Shown here piece after piece: positions 9,940 through 19,095 of a DNA stretch of 64,000 bases. Within the stretch, counting starts at the first letter, position 1. Each line of letters opens with the position of its first letter. The notes below the pieces were generated by a model. It made no database searches, was not told the DNA's origin, and was given only the letters and a program-made list of their open reading frames with translations. A program made the translations under genes and the position numbers. The stretch spans positions 96,001 through 160,000 of the forward strand of contig JBBRRY010000001.1 of the NCBI GenBank assembly GCA_038245905.1, given 5' to 3'. The DNA is from Thermoanaerobaculia bacterium (lineage in GTDB: Bacteria; Acidobacteriota; Thermoanaerobaculia; UBA5066).

Positions 9940-11034
9940 GTGCCACGGGTTCTCACGGCCGCGCTCCTCGCGGCGTCGTCCCTTTCCTTGGCGGCGCCGG
10001 AGGCGTTCGACGAGAAGGCGGCCGGCCGCTTCGCGGACCTCGCCCTGGCCTGCGTCGGAAGGGAGTATCCGAACAAGATCGCGCACGCGATGAACGGCGA
10101 CGAGGACGCGCGGCCGCCGCGGGCCCTGACGCCCGTCTTCTTCGGCTGCTACGACTGGCATTCCGCCGTGCACGGCCACTGGCTCCTCGCACGGGTCGCC
10201 CGGACGTTCCCTCGGGCACCGTTCGCGCCGCGGGCGCGGGCGGCGTTGCGCGCGTCGTTCACGCCGGAAAAGGTGGCGGGAGAGGTCGCTTACCTGTCGG
10301 CCCCCGGGCGCGCGACGTTCGAACGGCCCTACGGGCTCGCGTGGCTCCTCCAGCTCTCCGCCGAGCTGCGCGGCTGGGATGATCCCGAGGCGGCGGTCTG
10401 GGCGAAGACGCTCGAGCCCCTCGAGCGCGCCGCGGCGAAGCGTCTCGCGGATTGGCTCCCGAAGCTCGCGTACCCGATCCGCGAGGGCGAGCACGCGCAG
10501 ACGGCCTTCGCGTTCGGGCTCGTCCTCGACTGGGCGCGCGCCTCTGGGGATGCCGCGATGGAGCGTCTCGTGTCGGCGCGGACCCGCGACCTCTATGCGA
10601 AGGACCGCGCCTGCCCGATCGGCTACGAACCGTCCGGGCAGGACTTCCTGTCTCCCTGCCTCGCGGAAGCCGACCTGATGCGCCGTCTCCTCGCCCCGCC
10701 GGCCTTCGCGGGCTGGCTCTTCGGCTTCCTGCCCGGAGTCCCCGGCGACGGCGGGGCGGCGTGGCTGCCGGTTGGCACCGTCACGGATCCCACGGACGGC
10801 AAGCTCGCACACCTCGACGGCCTGAACCTCTCCCGGGCGTGGATGCTCGATGGCATCATCACCGGCCTGCCCGCGAAGGACGGGCGCCTGCCTGCGCTGC
10901 GCGCGGCGCGTGAGGCGCACGCGGCGGCGGGCCTTGCATCCGTGACGGGCGTCCACTACGAGGGCGGGCACTGGCTCGGCACGTTTGCGGCGTACCTCGC
11001 AACCCGTCGCGGCCTGCCGGAGGCCGCTCCGTGA
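9940..11034 (+). CDS. DUF2891 family protein (probably secreted)
   Basis: EYPNK, FFGCYDWHSAVHGHW, FERPYGLAW, HLDGLNLSRAW and YEGGHWLGTFA motifs; signal peptide after GTG 9940. Confidence 0.85.
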   Translation: MPRVLTAALLAASSLSLAAPEAFDEKAAGRFADLALACVGREYPNKIAHAMNGDEDARPPRALTPVFFGCYDWHSAVHGHWLLARVARTFPRAPFAPRARAALRASFTPEKVAGEVAYLSAPGRATFERPYGLAWLLQLSAELRGWDDPEAAVWAKTLEPLERAAAKRLADWLPKLAYPIREGEHAQTAFAFGLVLDWARASGDAAMERLVSARTRDLYAKDRACPIGYEPSGQDFLSPCLAEADLMRRLLAPPAFAGWLFGFLPGVPGDGGAAWLPVGTVTDPTDGKLAHLDGLNLSRAWMLDGIITGLPAKDGRLPALRAAREAHAAAGLASVTGVHYEGGHWLGTFAAYLATRRGLPEAAP

Positions 11035-11786
11035 CGCCCGGGACCGGGGCCCTCCTCTTCGGCTCGGCCGTCGCAGCCGGGATCATGAACGCGCTCGCGG
11101 GCGGCGGAACGATCCTGACCTTTCCGGCGCTCCTGCTCGCCGGGGTGCCCGCGATCCAGGCGAACGCGACGTCGACGGTGGCGCTCGTCCCGGGCGCGCT
11201 TTCGAGCCTGGCCGGTTACCGGCGCGAGGTCCTCACGCATCGCGAATGGTTCCGGCGCCTCCTCGTCCCGAGCCTCCTCGGCGGAGCCGTCGGGTCCGTC
11301 GCGCTCCTCCTGACGCCCGAAAAGACGTTCGCCCGCCTCGCGCCGTACCTCGTTCTTTTCGCGACCCTCCTCTTCATGTTCCAGATCGCATGGTCCCGGC
11401 GGCAGCCCGGGTCCGCGGGCCCGAGGACGACGTGGGGCGCCGCCGCCGTCGCGCAGTTCTTCGTCGCGATCTACGGGGGGTACTTCGGCGCCGGAGTCGG
11501 GATCCTGATGCTCGTGATCCTCGGATTTCTCGGCCTCGAGGACATCCACGCCATGAACGGGCTCAAGAACTTCTTCGGGATCTGCATCAACGGCGTCGCG
11601 TCCGCATGGTTCATCTTCCGCGGCGTCGTGATCTGGCCGCTCGCCCTCCTCATGATGGCCGGCGCGATCGCGGGCGGCTGGGTCGGCGCTCTTTTCGCGC
11701 GGCGAATCGGCAAGGAGAAGGCGCGCATCGCCGTCGTCGTAATCGGTCTCGGAATCACCGTCGTCCTCTTCCTTCAACGCCACTGA
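11031..11786 (+). CDS. TauE/SafE family (sulfite exporter-like) membrane protein
   Basis: NALAGGGTILTFPAL and YGGYFGAGVGI motifs; hydrophobic. Confidence 0.88.
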   Translation: MTPGTGALLFGSAVAAGIMNALAGGGTILTFPALLLAGVPAIQANATSTVALVPGALSSLAGYRREVLTHREWFRRLLVPSLLGGAVGSVALLLTPEKTFARLAPYLVLFATLLFMFQIAWSRRQPGSAGPRTTWGAAAVAQFFVAIYGGYFGAGVGILMLVILGFLGLEDIHAMNGLKNFFGICINGVASAWFIFRGVVIWPLALLMMAGAIAGGWVGALFARRIGKEKARIAVVVIGLGITVVLFLQRH

Positions 11787-11827
11787 ACACGAGCCGGGCA
11801 GAATGCCGGCCCGAAAGGAGACATCAC

Positions 11828-12253
11828 ATGCCGGCACGTACCGCCAGCGCCGTCTGGACCGGAGACCTCAAGAGCGGAAAGGGCACGATGAAGCTCGGGA
11901 GCGGAGCCTGGGAAGGCGCGTTCTCGTTCCAGTCGCGGTTCGAGGAAGGGACCGGGACGAATCCGGAGGAGCTCGCGGGAGCCGCCCACGCAGGCTGCTT
12001 CTCGATGGCGTTCTCGAACGAGCTCTCCAAGGCGGGTTTCGTCCCGACGCGCGTCGCGACGACCGCAAAGGTCCACCTCGAAAAGGGCGAGGCGGGGTTC
12101 GCGATCTCGCGGATCGACCTCGCCTGCGAAGCGCAGGTCCCGGGGATCGACAACGCGAAGTTCCAGGAGGTCGCCGCGGCCGCCAAGAAGGGCTGCCCGA
12201 TCTCGAAGCTCTTCACGGGGGCCCAGATCAACCTCGAGGCGAAGCTGGGTTAG
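11828..12253 (+). CDS. osmC: OsmC family peroxiredoxin
   Basis: SRFEEGTGTNPEEL.AAHAGCFSMA and AKKGCPISK; AAAGGAG RBS. Confidence 0.92.
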   Translation: MPARTASAVWTGDLKSGKGTMKLGSGAWEGAFSFQSRFEEGTGTNPEELAGAAHAGCFSMAFSNELSKAGFVPTRVATTAKVHLEKGEAGFAISRIDLACEAQVPGIDNAKFQEVAAAAKKGCPISKLFTGAQINLEAKLG

Positions 12254-12256
12254 GGG

Positions 12257-12410
12257 GAGAGAAGATTCCTAGAAGGTGAAGAGAGCAGGGGAGGGCGCCG
12301 AAACAATCGGCGCCTTCCGTGCGTACGGGGACCAAACGACTGATCAACAGGAGGCCCGAATGATGAAAGCGCGCCGCAGTATTCTTACCTTCGCAGGAAT
12401 TCTTTCTCTC
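12257..12410. repeat. Convergent pair of the dispersed GAAGATT motif (osmC-DUF1579 junction)
   Basis: + copy 12257-12285 GAGAGAAGATTCCTAGAAGGTGAAGAGAG (intergenic); degenerate - copy 12382-12410 GAGAGAAAGAATTCCTGCGAAGGTAAGAA. Confidence 0.6.
12291..12317 (+). terminator. GC-rich hairpin downstream of osmC (possible terminator; no clear U-tract)
   Basis: GAGGGCGCCG-AAACAAT-CGGCGCCTTC inverted repeat. Confidence 0.4.
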
Positions 12411-12977
12411 CTGCTCTCTTCAGCCGCCTTTTCCGACGACAAGGCGGCAAGCAAGCCCGCCGCGCCGAACCAGGACGAGATGATGAAGGCCTGGATCGCG
12501 TTCGCGACGCCCGGGGCGTCGCACAAGACGCTCGAGGCGATGGCCGGATCGTGGGACGTGAAGACGACGATGTGGATGGCGCCGGGTGCTCCCCCCCAGG
12601 AGACGCGCGGGACGTCGGAGAACAAGATGATCCTGGGCGGCCGCTACCTCGAGCAGCACTACGAGGGCTCGATGATGGGGCAGCCGTTCAGCGGGATCGG
12701 CGTGACGGGCTTCGACAACTACAAGAAGAAGTTCGTCTCCACATGGGTGGATTCGATGTCGACCGCCGTCATGGTCACGGCGGGGACGTCCGACAAGAGC
12801 GGCAAGGTCATCACGTCCTGGGGCACGATGAACGACGTCTCCGAAAAGAGGGCGATGAAGGTCAAAACAGTTGTCACGTTCGTCGACGCCGACCATCACA
12901 CGTACGACTCGTGGCACACGAATGCCGGCGGCAAATTCGTCAAGGACCTCGAGATCCACTACACGCGAAAAAAGTAG
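12360..12977 (+). CDS. Secreted DUF1579 family protein
   Basis: Signal peptide; PGASHKTLEAMAGSW, GGRYL and G.GVTGFDNYKKKFVSTWVDSMST motifs; GGAGG RBS. Confidence 0.8.
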   Translation: MMKARRSILTFAGILSLLLSSAAFSDDKAASKPAAPNQDEMMKAWIAFATPGASHKTLEAMAGSWDVKTTMWMAPGAPPQETRGTSENKMILGGRYLEQHYEGSMMGQPFSGIGVTGFDNYKKKFVSTWVDSMSTAVMVTAGTSDKSGKVITSWGTMNDVSEKRAMKVKTVVTFVDADHHTYDSWHTNAGGKFVKDLEIHYTRKK

Positions 12978-14702
12978 TCAGAGCCTCTTCAGGGCCTCGA
13001 GCGCCGGCTCGAGCGCTTGCCGCCGCCTGAAGAAGTCGGCCCATGGGTCGCTCTTCTGCAGGCGCGCGGCGAAGTTCCCGATCGTGAAGTCCTCGGCCTG
13101 GAGCGACGGCTTCACCTCGCTCCACGCGAGCGGCGTCGAGACGGGCGCGTGGGGGCGGCGCCTCACGGAGTAGGGCGAAACGACGGTCTGCCCGAACGCG
13201 TTCCGGAAGGAGTCGAGGAAGACGCGCCCCTTGCGGGCCGCGACGCGCATCTCCATCGTCAGGTTCTTCGGCCAGGCCGCCGCGAGACGCGTCCCGAGCG
13301 TCTTCGCGAACCACGTGACCTCCTCGGTGCCGGGGCCGCGCACGATCGGGACGAAGACGTGGAGACCCTTGCCTCCGGAGGTCTTCACATACGAGACGAG
13401 CTCGAGGGCGTCGAGCGCCTGCTTGACCTTCAGGGCGGCGGCCACGGCGTCGGCGATCAGGCCCGAGTCCGGGTCGAGGTCGAAGCAGACCCAGTCGGGC
13501 TTGTCGAGCTCGTCGGCGCGGCTGCCCCAGACGTGAACGGCGATGCACCCGAGGTTCGCGAGCGCGAGCTGCGTCTCGAGCGCCCCGCCCACGACCGTGT
13601 TCGTCACCTTCCGGTCCTTGCCGTGCCGCACGACCACCGTCGGAGTGCCGGGAGGCATGCTGGAGGGCTTCTCTTTCTGGTAGAAGCACTCGCCGCCGAG
13701 CCCGTCCGGGCAGCGCTCGAGGGAGAGCGGCCGGTCCTCGACCCACGGCCTCAGTTTGCCGAACACGTCCGCGTAGAACGCGACGAGATCGCCCTTCGTC
13801 CACCCTTCCTCGGGCCAGAAGACCTTGCGGGCGTTGGAGACAGGGACCGGGAAGACGGGGGAAGAAGAGGAAGATTTCTTAGAAGGTGAAGAGGGGAGGG
13901 GAGCCGCGGGTGCGCGCGTCGACTTCGGGCCACGCGCCGCCGCCGCTTTTCTTCCTTTCAAAGAAATCTTCTCTTCGTGCTCTTCGGACCGGGCCCCGCG
14001 GGGCCGCGAGTGCCAGACCGCGGGCTTCGCCCGCTGCGTGCGCTGGAGGAGCTTCGGGTTTGCGAGGAGCTTCTCGACCTCGGCGACGGGATCGCCCGTC
14101 GAGGCCTTCTCGACGTCGCCGCCCTCGTCGATCGCGATCTGGGTCAGGAGCCGATTTGAGACGACGGAGCGCGGGCGCGTCTCGGCCACGTCCTCGTCGG
14201 ACGCGAAGTCGTCGCGGTGCTTGATGAGGAGCCACGAGGGCTTCGACGAGCCGCCCCAGCCCTTCGTACGGACGAGGACCCAGGACCCCTTCAGCTTCTC
14301 GCCGTGGAGCGTGAACTTGAGATCTCCCTTCTTTAGCGCGGCGTCGACGTCAGGTGACTCCGGTGTCCAGGTGCCGCGATCCCAGACCATGACCGTCCCG
14401 CCGCCGTATTCGGCGACGGGGATGATCCCCTCGAAGGCGGCGTACTCCTGGGGGTGGTCCTCGACGTGGGAGGCCATGCGCTTGACGGCGGGATCGAGCG
14501 ACGGTCCCTTCGGTATGGCCCACGAGAGGAGCACTCCGTTCCACTCGAGTCGGAAGTCGTAGTGGAGGGCCGTCGCCCGGTGCTTCTGGACGACGTAGGC
14601 GAGAACCCGGCGCGCCGCGCGGCGCTTCGCGGGTGTCTTCGCGCCCGCGGGCTCCTTCGTCACGCCAAAGCGGCGTTTCCGGCGATATTCCTCGAGGGCC
14701 AT
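12978..14702 (-). CDS. ligD: LigD-family NHEJ protein with 3'-phosphoesterase and primase-polymerase domains only (no ligase domain)
   Basis: PE domain (LEEYRRKR, VVQKHRATALHYDFRLE, SWAIPKGPS, EDHP); POL domain (RCPDG, FYQK, FDLDP, KTSGGKGLHV). No KxDG ligase motif seen. Confidence 0.85.
   Translation of the reverse strand: MALEEYRRKRRFGVTKEPAGAKTPAKRRAARRVLAYVVQKHRATALHYDFRLEWNGVLLSWAIPKGPSLDPAVKRMASHVEDHPQEYAAFEGIIPVAEYGGGTVMVWDRGTWTPESPDVDAALKKGDLKFTLHGEKLKGSWVLVRTKGWGGSSKPSWLLIKHRDDFASDEDVAETRPRSVVSNRLLTQIAIDEGGDVEKASTGDPVAEVEKLLANPKLLQRTQRAKPAVWHSRPRGARSEEHEEKISLKGRKAAAARGPKSTRAPAAPLPSSPSKKSSSSSPVFPVPVSNARKVFWPEEGWTKGDLVAFYADVFGKLRPWVEDRPLSLERCPDGLGGECFYQKEKPSSMPPGTPTVVVRHGKDRKVTNTVVGGALETQLALANLGCIAVHVWGSRADELDKPDWVCFDLDPDSGLIADAVAAALKVKQALDALELVSYVKTSGGKGLHVFVPIVRGPGTEEVTWFAKTLGTRLAAAWPKNLTMEMRVAARKGRVFLDSFRNAFGQTVVSPYSVRRRPHAPVSTPLAWSEVKPSLQAEDFTIGNFAARLQKSDPWADFFRRRQALEPALEALKRL
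13857..13976. repeat. Convergent pair of the dispersed GAAGATT motif, in the ligD linker
   Basis: + copy GAAGAAGAGGAAGATTTCTTAGAAGGTGAAGAGGGG (13861-13896); - copy GAAGAGAAGATTTCTTTGAAAGGAAGAAAAG (13946-13976). Confidence 0.8.
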
Positions 14703-14752
14703 CGCCGCGACGATACGGGGCGGAGCGTCCGGATTCCAGCGTTGGCCGCGCG

Positions 14753-15706
14753 TCAGACCGCCGGGGTGGTCTGCCAGCGCGTGCTGCGATCCCAGAGATC
14801 CGACTCGAGGTCCTCCGCCTCCGAGTGAAACTCCTGCCCTGTCCCCTCGGTCAGGAAGCGGCCGAGGCTCTTGATGACGCTGGGCTCGCGCAGGATGCGG
14901 CGGTGCCCGAGCCCCGACGTGGCGTGGAGGCGCGAGCCGGGCCACGAGCGCAGGATCTCCTCCGCATCGGCAAACGGGACTTCGGCGTCGTCGCGATCGT
15001 GCACGACGAGGGCGGGGATGTGCCCGAGCGAGGAGACCGCCCTCCCGATATTCGCCTCGGCCCAGCGGAATGCGAACTTGCGCTCGATCCGGGCCATCGT
15101 CGCGGCGCGTCTGACGTCGTCGAATCCCACGATGTCAAGGAACCAGCGGAAGAAGTCGGTCGGGTCCGCTGCCGCCCCGATGAGGACGACGCGCTCGGCC
15201 GGCGCGCCTCCGGTGCACGCGATCACCGTTGCGGCGCCGCCGAGGGAGTGTCCGACGATCGCCCGAACCCGGCCCTCACGGCGGGCCAGCACGTCGATCA
15301 GTGCCGCGAATTCGAGCAGATCCGATCGTTTGCCCTGACTGCGACCGTGGCCGGGAGCGTCCCAGGTCAGGACCGAGAACCCCGCGGAGACGAAGGGCTC
15401 AACGAAGGCCGTAAGCTGCCCGCCTCGGCCCGACCAGCCATGGGCGAGGAGGATCGTCGGGCCATGGCCCCAGCGCCAGATTGCGATGCGCTTGCTACGG
15501 AACTCGATCCACTCGCGGGCCCCGGTCCTCAGGACCGCACGCTCCCGGGCAGGTGGGCGGCGCCGTGCGGGCGTGAAGAAAAGACGCTCTGCGGCCCGGG
15601 AAGCCAGCGCAGGGCTGACCGCCCCGAGGAGGCGAACCGACGGGATCAGGAGCCGTCGGGAAAGGGGAGCGGGTCGTCGCGATGGGGGGGCGATGGTGTG
15701 CGACAA
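14753..15706 (-). CDS. Alpha/beta-fold hydrolase co-transcribed with TetR
   Basis: LAHGWSGRG, DAPGHG, GHSLGG, HDRDDAEVP and GLGHRRIL motifs. Confidence 0.88.
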   Translation of the reverse strand: MSHTIAPPSRRPAPLSRRLLIPSVRLLGAVSPALASRAAERLFFTPARRRPPARERAVLRTGAREWIEFRSKRIAIWRWGHGPTILLAHGWSGRGGQLTAFVEPFVSAGFSVLTWDAPGHGRSQGKRSDLLEFAALIDVLARREGRVRAIVGHSLGGAATVIACTGGAPAERVVLIGAAADPTDFFRWFLDIVGFDDVRRAATMARIERKFAFRWAEANIGRAVSSLGHIPALVVHDRDDAEVPFADAEEILRSWPGSRLHATSGLGHRRILREPSVIKSLGRFLTEGTGQEFHSEAEDLESDLWDRSTRWQTTPAV

Positions 15707-15721
15707 ATTGCCCTCCGGGCG

Positions 15722-16321
15722 TCAGGCCTGTGGAACCCTCGCGGCCATTACGAGATTCTCGAAAGCGGCTCGGGCGCGGTGGCCCGCGTCCGGGTCTCCG
15801 AGGAGACGATGGGAGAAAAAACACGAAAGCATGACGCCGTAGAGGTCCTGTGCGAACTGTTCAGGCTCGACCTCCGCGCGGAAGTGCCCCTCAGCGACAG
15901 CGGCTCGAACCACGTTGGCAAGCAGCGCGAGCCACTGCCGCTGTTGCGCGACGAGATGCTCGCGGGCGGCTCCGGGTTGATCGTCGAGCTCCGCGGCCGC
16001 CGCCACGAAGAGACAGCCCCCGGGCATGCCGCTCTTCTTCGGCCAGTCCATCCAGAGCCGGAAAGCGGCGCGGATACGTGGCTCTCCGCGGGGAGCTGCG
16101 AGCGCCGGCCGGATCACAAGGTCCGCAAAGCGGACAGCGGCGTGCTCCAGCGTCTGGATCTGGAGCGACTCCTTGGACCGGAAATGGGCAAAGACGCCGC
16201 TCTTCGAGAGAGCCGTCTCCTCGGCGAGACGTCCGATCGTGAGCCCGTCCAGGCCCACTGTGCTCGCGAGCGAAACGGAGTGGTCCAGGATCGCCTGCCG
16301 CGTGACGTCTCCCTTACTCAT
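15722..16321 (-). CDS. TetR/AcrR family transcriptional regulator
   Basis: N-terminal HTH (GLDGLTIGRLAEETALSKSGVFAHFRSKE); GGCLF motif. Confidence 0.92.
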   Translation of the reverse strand: MSKGDVTRQAILDHSVSLASTVGLDGLTIGRLAEETALSKSGVFAHFRSKESLQIQTLEHAAVRFADLVIRPALAAPRGEPRIRAAFRLWMDWPKKSGMPGGCLFVAAAAELDDQPGAAREHLVAQQRQWLALLANVVRAAVAEGHFRAEVEPEQFAQDLYGVMLSCFFSHRLLGDPDAGHRARAAFENLVMAARVPQA

Positions 16322-16356
16322 TGCAGAATAATAGTACGATCGTTCGTCTCTGTCAA
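16322..16356 (-). promoter_or_regulatory. Sigma70-type leaderless promoter of the tetR gene with a probable operator in the spacer
   Basis: Minus strand reads TTGACA (16356-16351), 17 nt, TATTAT (16333-16328), 6 nt, ATG. The spacer contains the palindrome ACGATCGT. Confidence 0.75.
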
Positions 16357-16430
16357 GGCGGCGCGGACACGCCCGAGAGAACGTCGGGAAGAGGACCCGA
16401 TCCGCTTAAACTTCGGTACTTTCCCCTGAG

Positions 16431-19064
16431 ATGAGGAGCGCCATGAATCTCGCCACTCGTGTCCTCGCGACCCTCCTGTCTATCGCGCCCGCTCTCGCGC
16501 ACTCAGCCTCGCCGCCCACTCCCTCGGAGTTTCTCGGGATCAAGGTAGGCGCTGATCGGACGCTCGCGGACTACCGGCAGATCTCGTCTTACTTTCGCGA
16601 GCTCGAGAAGGCCTCGCCGCGCGTGAAGATCCAGAACCTCGGAAAGACGACGCTCGGGGAGGACATGCTTCTCGCCGTCATCACCAGCGAGGAGAACCAG
16701 CGAAACCTCCCGCGGCTTCAGGAGATCTCGCGCAAGCTTTCCGATCCGCGCGGGCTCTCGGATTCCGATGTCGCCGCCCTCACGAATGAGGGCAAGGTCG
16801 TCCTCCTCGTGACGTGCAACATCCACGCGAGCGAGATCGGCTCAACGCAGATGGCGATGGAGTGGGCGCACGCGCTGGCGACGTCGGACGACCAGGAGAC
16901 GAAGCGTCGCCTCGCGAACGTGGTGGTCCTCCTCCTGCCGTCCCTGAATCCCGACGGCCAGATCATGGAGACCGACTGGTATCGCAAGAACCTCGGAACG
17001 AAATACGAAGGGGGCCGGCTTCCCTGGCTGTACCACCACTACGTCGGGCACGACAACAACCGCGACTGGTACATGCTGACGCAGAAAGAGACGAAGGCCC
17101 TCAACCGGGCCGTGTACAAGGAGTGGCTCCCCCAGGTGTGGCTCGACGAGCACCAGATGGGAATCAACGGGCCGCGCATCTTCATGCCGCCCTATGCCGA
17201 ACCGGTCTCGTCCGACGTGCACCCCCTCGTTTGGCGCGACGTCAACCTGATCGGCGCGGCGATGGCTCTCCGGCTCGAACAGAGGGAGAAGTCGGGAGTC
17301 ATCTACGGCTATTCCTTCGACGCCTACTGGCCCGGCGGCACGAAGAACACGGGCTGGTGGAAAAACATCGCGGGACTTCTCACCGAAGTCGCGTCCGTGC
17401 GGCTGGCGTCCCCGGTTTACCTTCCGCTTGGCGAGCTCGCGGGGGGTCGGAAGGGCCTCATCGACTACCGCGCGCAGACGAATTTCCCGAACCCCTGGCC
17501 GGGCGGCTGGTGGCGGCTTCGCGACATCATGGATTACGAACGAATCGCCTCGGACGCGATCCTCGAGACCTGTGCAGACCGCCGCGAAGACTTCCTGAAG
17601 GACATGGCGACGCGGGCCCGCGCGAGCATCGCGGCCTTCCGTCCGGACGACGCCTACCGCATCCCGATGGGGCAAGGTCAGCGGGATCCGGCGACCGCCC
17701 TGGTTCTCGCCCGGATCATGGGCGAGCACGGAGTCGACGTGAGGTCCGGCCCGAACGGGGACGCGTTCATTCCCCTCGCACAGCCCTACGGAAAATTCGT
17801 ACGGGAGATGATGGAACCGCAGCGGTATCCCGAAGTGAAGCTGGTAGCCGGGAAGGACATTGTTCGTCCCTATGACGTCGCCACGTGGACGCTGCCCGCG
17901 ATGATGGGCGTGAGGGTCGAGCGCGCGACGCTGCCGGCCGGACTGACCGAATTCGATCCAGCAGGCGGAGGAGGAAGAGGAAAAGAGGGAGAGATTCTGA
18001 GAAGGGGGGCGCCGGCCGCCGCACTTCTCCCGGGAAGTCCCGAGAACGCAAAGGTCGTGAACGCAGCGTTGAAAGCGGGCGCCGTGGTCTCGATTCTGCG
18101 AGCGCCCGCGCCCTTCGAGGGCAGGGACTGGCCCGCGGGAACGATCATTCTCGGAAAATCCGCGCTCGATTCCGCGGAGGCGTCCCTCGTCGCGACGCGC
18201 GTCCCCCTCTTTCCTTTCAAAGAAATCCCCTCTTCTCCCTCTCTCTCTCGCCTGCGCGCCCCGCGCGTCGGCCTCTACAAGTCGTTTACGTCTTCCATGG
18301 ACGAGGGGTGGACGCGCTGGCTCCTCGAGCAATACGGCTTCGCGCCGGTTTCGCTCGAGAACAAGGCCGTTCGTGCGGGTTCCCTGGCTGAGAGGTTCGA
18401 CGTCATCGTCCTTCCGGACATGGAGGCCGAGGTCATCGCGACCGGCCGCCCGCGTCGCGAGGAAGGGGAGTCCCGCTACATCCCGGAGCTTCCGCCGGGA
18501 TACCAGGGAGGCCTCGAGAAGGAGGGCGCGAAGGCCCTGCGGGACTTCGTCGAGGCAGGGGGGACGCTCGTCGCGTTCGACTCCGCGACGGACTACGTCG
18601 CGAGCGAATTCTCGATTCCCGTCCGAAACACGCTCGCGCGCGCCAAGCGCGAGGAGTTTTTCTGCCCGGGTTCTCTCCTGCGCGTCCACGTGGACGCGTT
18701 GCACCCCGTGACATGGGGTCTGCCTTCCGAGGTGGCTGTGTTCCTGGACGACGCGACCGCCTTGCAAACGTCGCTTCCGGGAGCCGAGCTCGAGAGGTGG
18801 GTTCTCGCGTCTTACCCGGACGACGAGCGCGACGTACTCGTCTCCGGCTGGATTCATGGCGGAGACCGCCTCACGCGGCGCGCGGCGGCGGTCGCGACGA
18901 CGTTCGGCAAGGGGAAGCTCGTGCTCCTCGGCTTCCGGCCGCAGCACCGTGCCCAGACACACGCGACGTTCCCGTTTCTCTTCAATGCACTCTACTGGTC
19001 GGTCGAGGGACCGCCTCCCGGCGCGAAAAAAGACGGCGTGAAAGCTTCACCCGGAAGGGGGTGA
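16431..19064 (+). CDS. Secreted M14 family zinc carboxypeptidase with a C-terminal GATase1-like domain
   Basis: NIHASE (HxxE), NPDG, HDNNRD and DEHQMG motifs; C-terminal MDEGWTRW..FDVIVLP; signal peptide. Start may be 16443. Confidence 0.87.
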   Translation: MRSAMNLATRVLATLLSIAPALAHSASPPTPSEFLGIKVGADRTLADYRQISSYFRELEKASPRVKIQNLGKTTLGEDMLLAVITSEENQRNLPRLQEISRKLSDPRGLSDSDVAALTNEGKVVLLVTCNIHASEIGSTQMAMEWAHALATSDDQETKRRLANVVVLLLPSLNPDGQIMETDWYRKNLGTKYEGGRLPWLYHHYVGHDNNRDWYMLTQKETKALNRAVYKEWLPQVWLDEHQMGINGPRIFMPPYAEPVSSDVHPLVWRDVNLIGAAMALRLEQREKSGVIYGYSFDAYWPGGTKNTGWWKNIAGLLTEVASVRLASPVYLPLGELAGGRKGLIDYRAQTNFPNPWPGGWWRLRDIMDYERIASDAILETCADRREDFLKDMATRARASIAAFRPDDAYRIPMGQGQRDPATALVLARIMGEHGVDVRSGPNGDAFIPLAQPYGKFVREMMEPQRYPEVKLVAGKDIVRPYDVATWTLPAMMGVRVERATLPAGLTEFDPAGGGGRGKEGEILRRGAPAAALLPGSPENAKVVNAALKAGAVVSILRAPAPFEGRDWPAGTIILGKSALDSAEASLVATRVPLFPFKEIPSSPSLSRLRAPRVGLYKSFTSSMDEGWTRWLLEQYGFAPVSLENKAVRAGSLAERFDVIVLPDMEAEVIATGRPRREEGESRYIPELPPGYQGGLEKEGAKALRDFVEAGGTLVAFDSATDYVASEFSIPVRNTLARAKREEFFCPGSLLRVHVDALHPVTWGLPSEVAVFLDDATALQTSLPGAELERWVLASYPDDERDVLVSGWIHGGDRLTRRAAAVATTFGKGKLVLLGFRPQHRAQTHATFPFLFNALYWSVEGPPPGAKKDGVKASPGRG
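17967..18249. repeat. Convergent cluster of the dispersed GAAGATT motif, in the M14 peptidase gene
   Basis: + copy GAGGGAGAGATTCTGAGAAGGGGGG (about 17985-18009); - copies GGATTTTCCGAGAATG (about 18146-18161) and GAGAAGAGGGGATTTCTTTGAAAGGAAAGAGG (about 18206-18237). Confidence 0.7.
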
Positions 19065-19095
19065 GCCGCCGGAGATCCAGGGATCGCGTGCTAGC

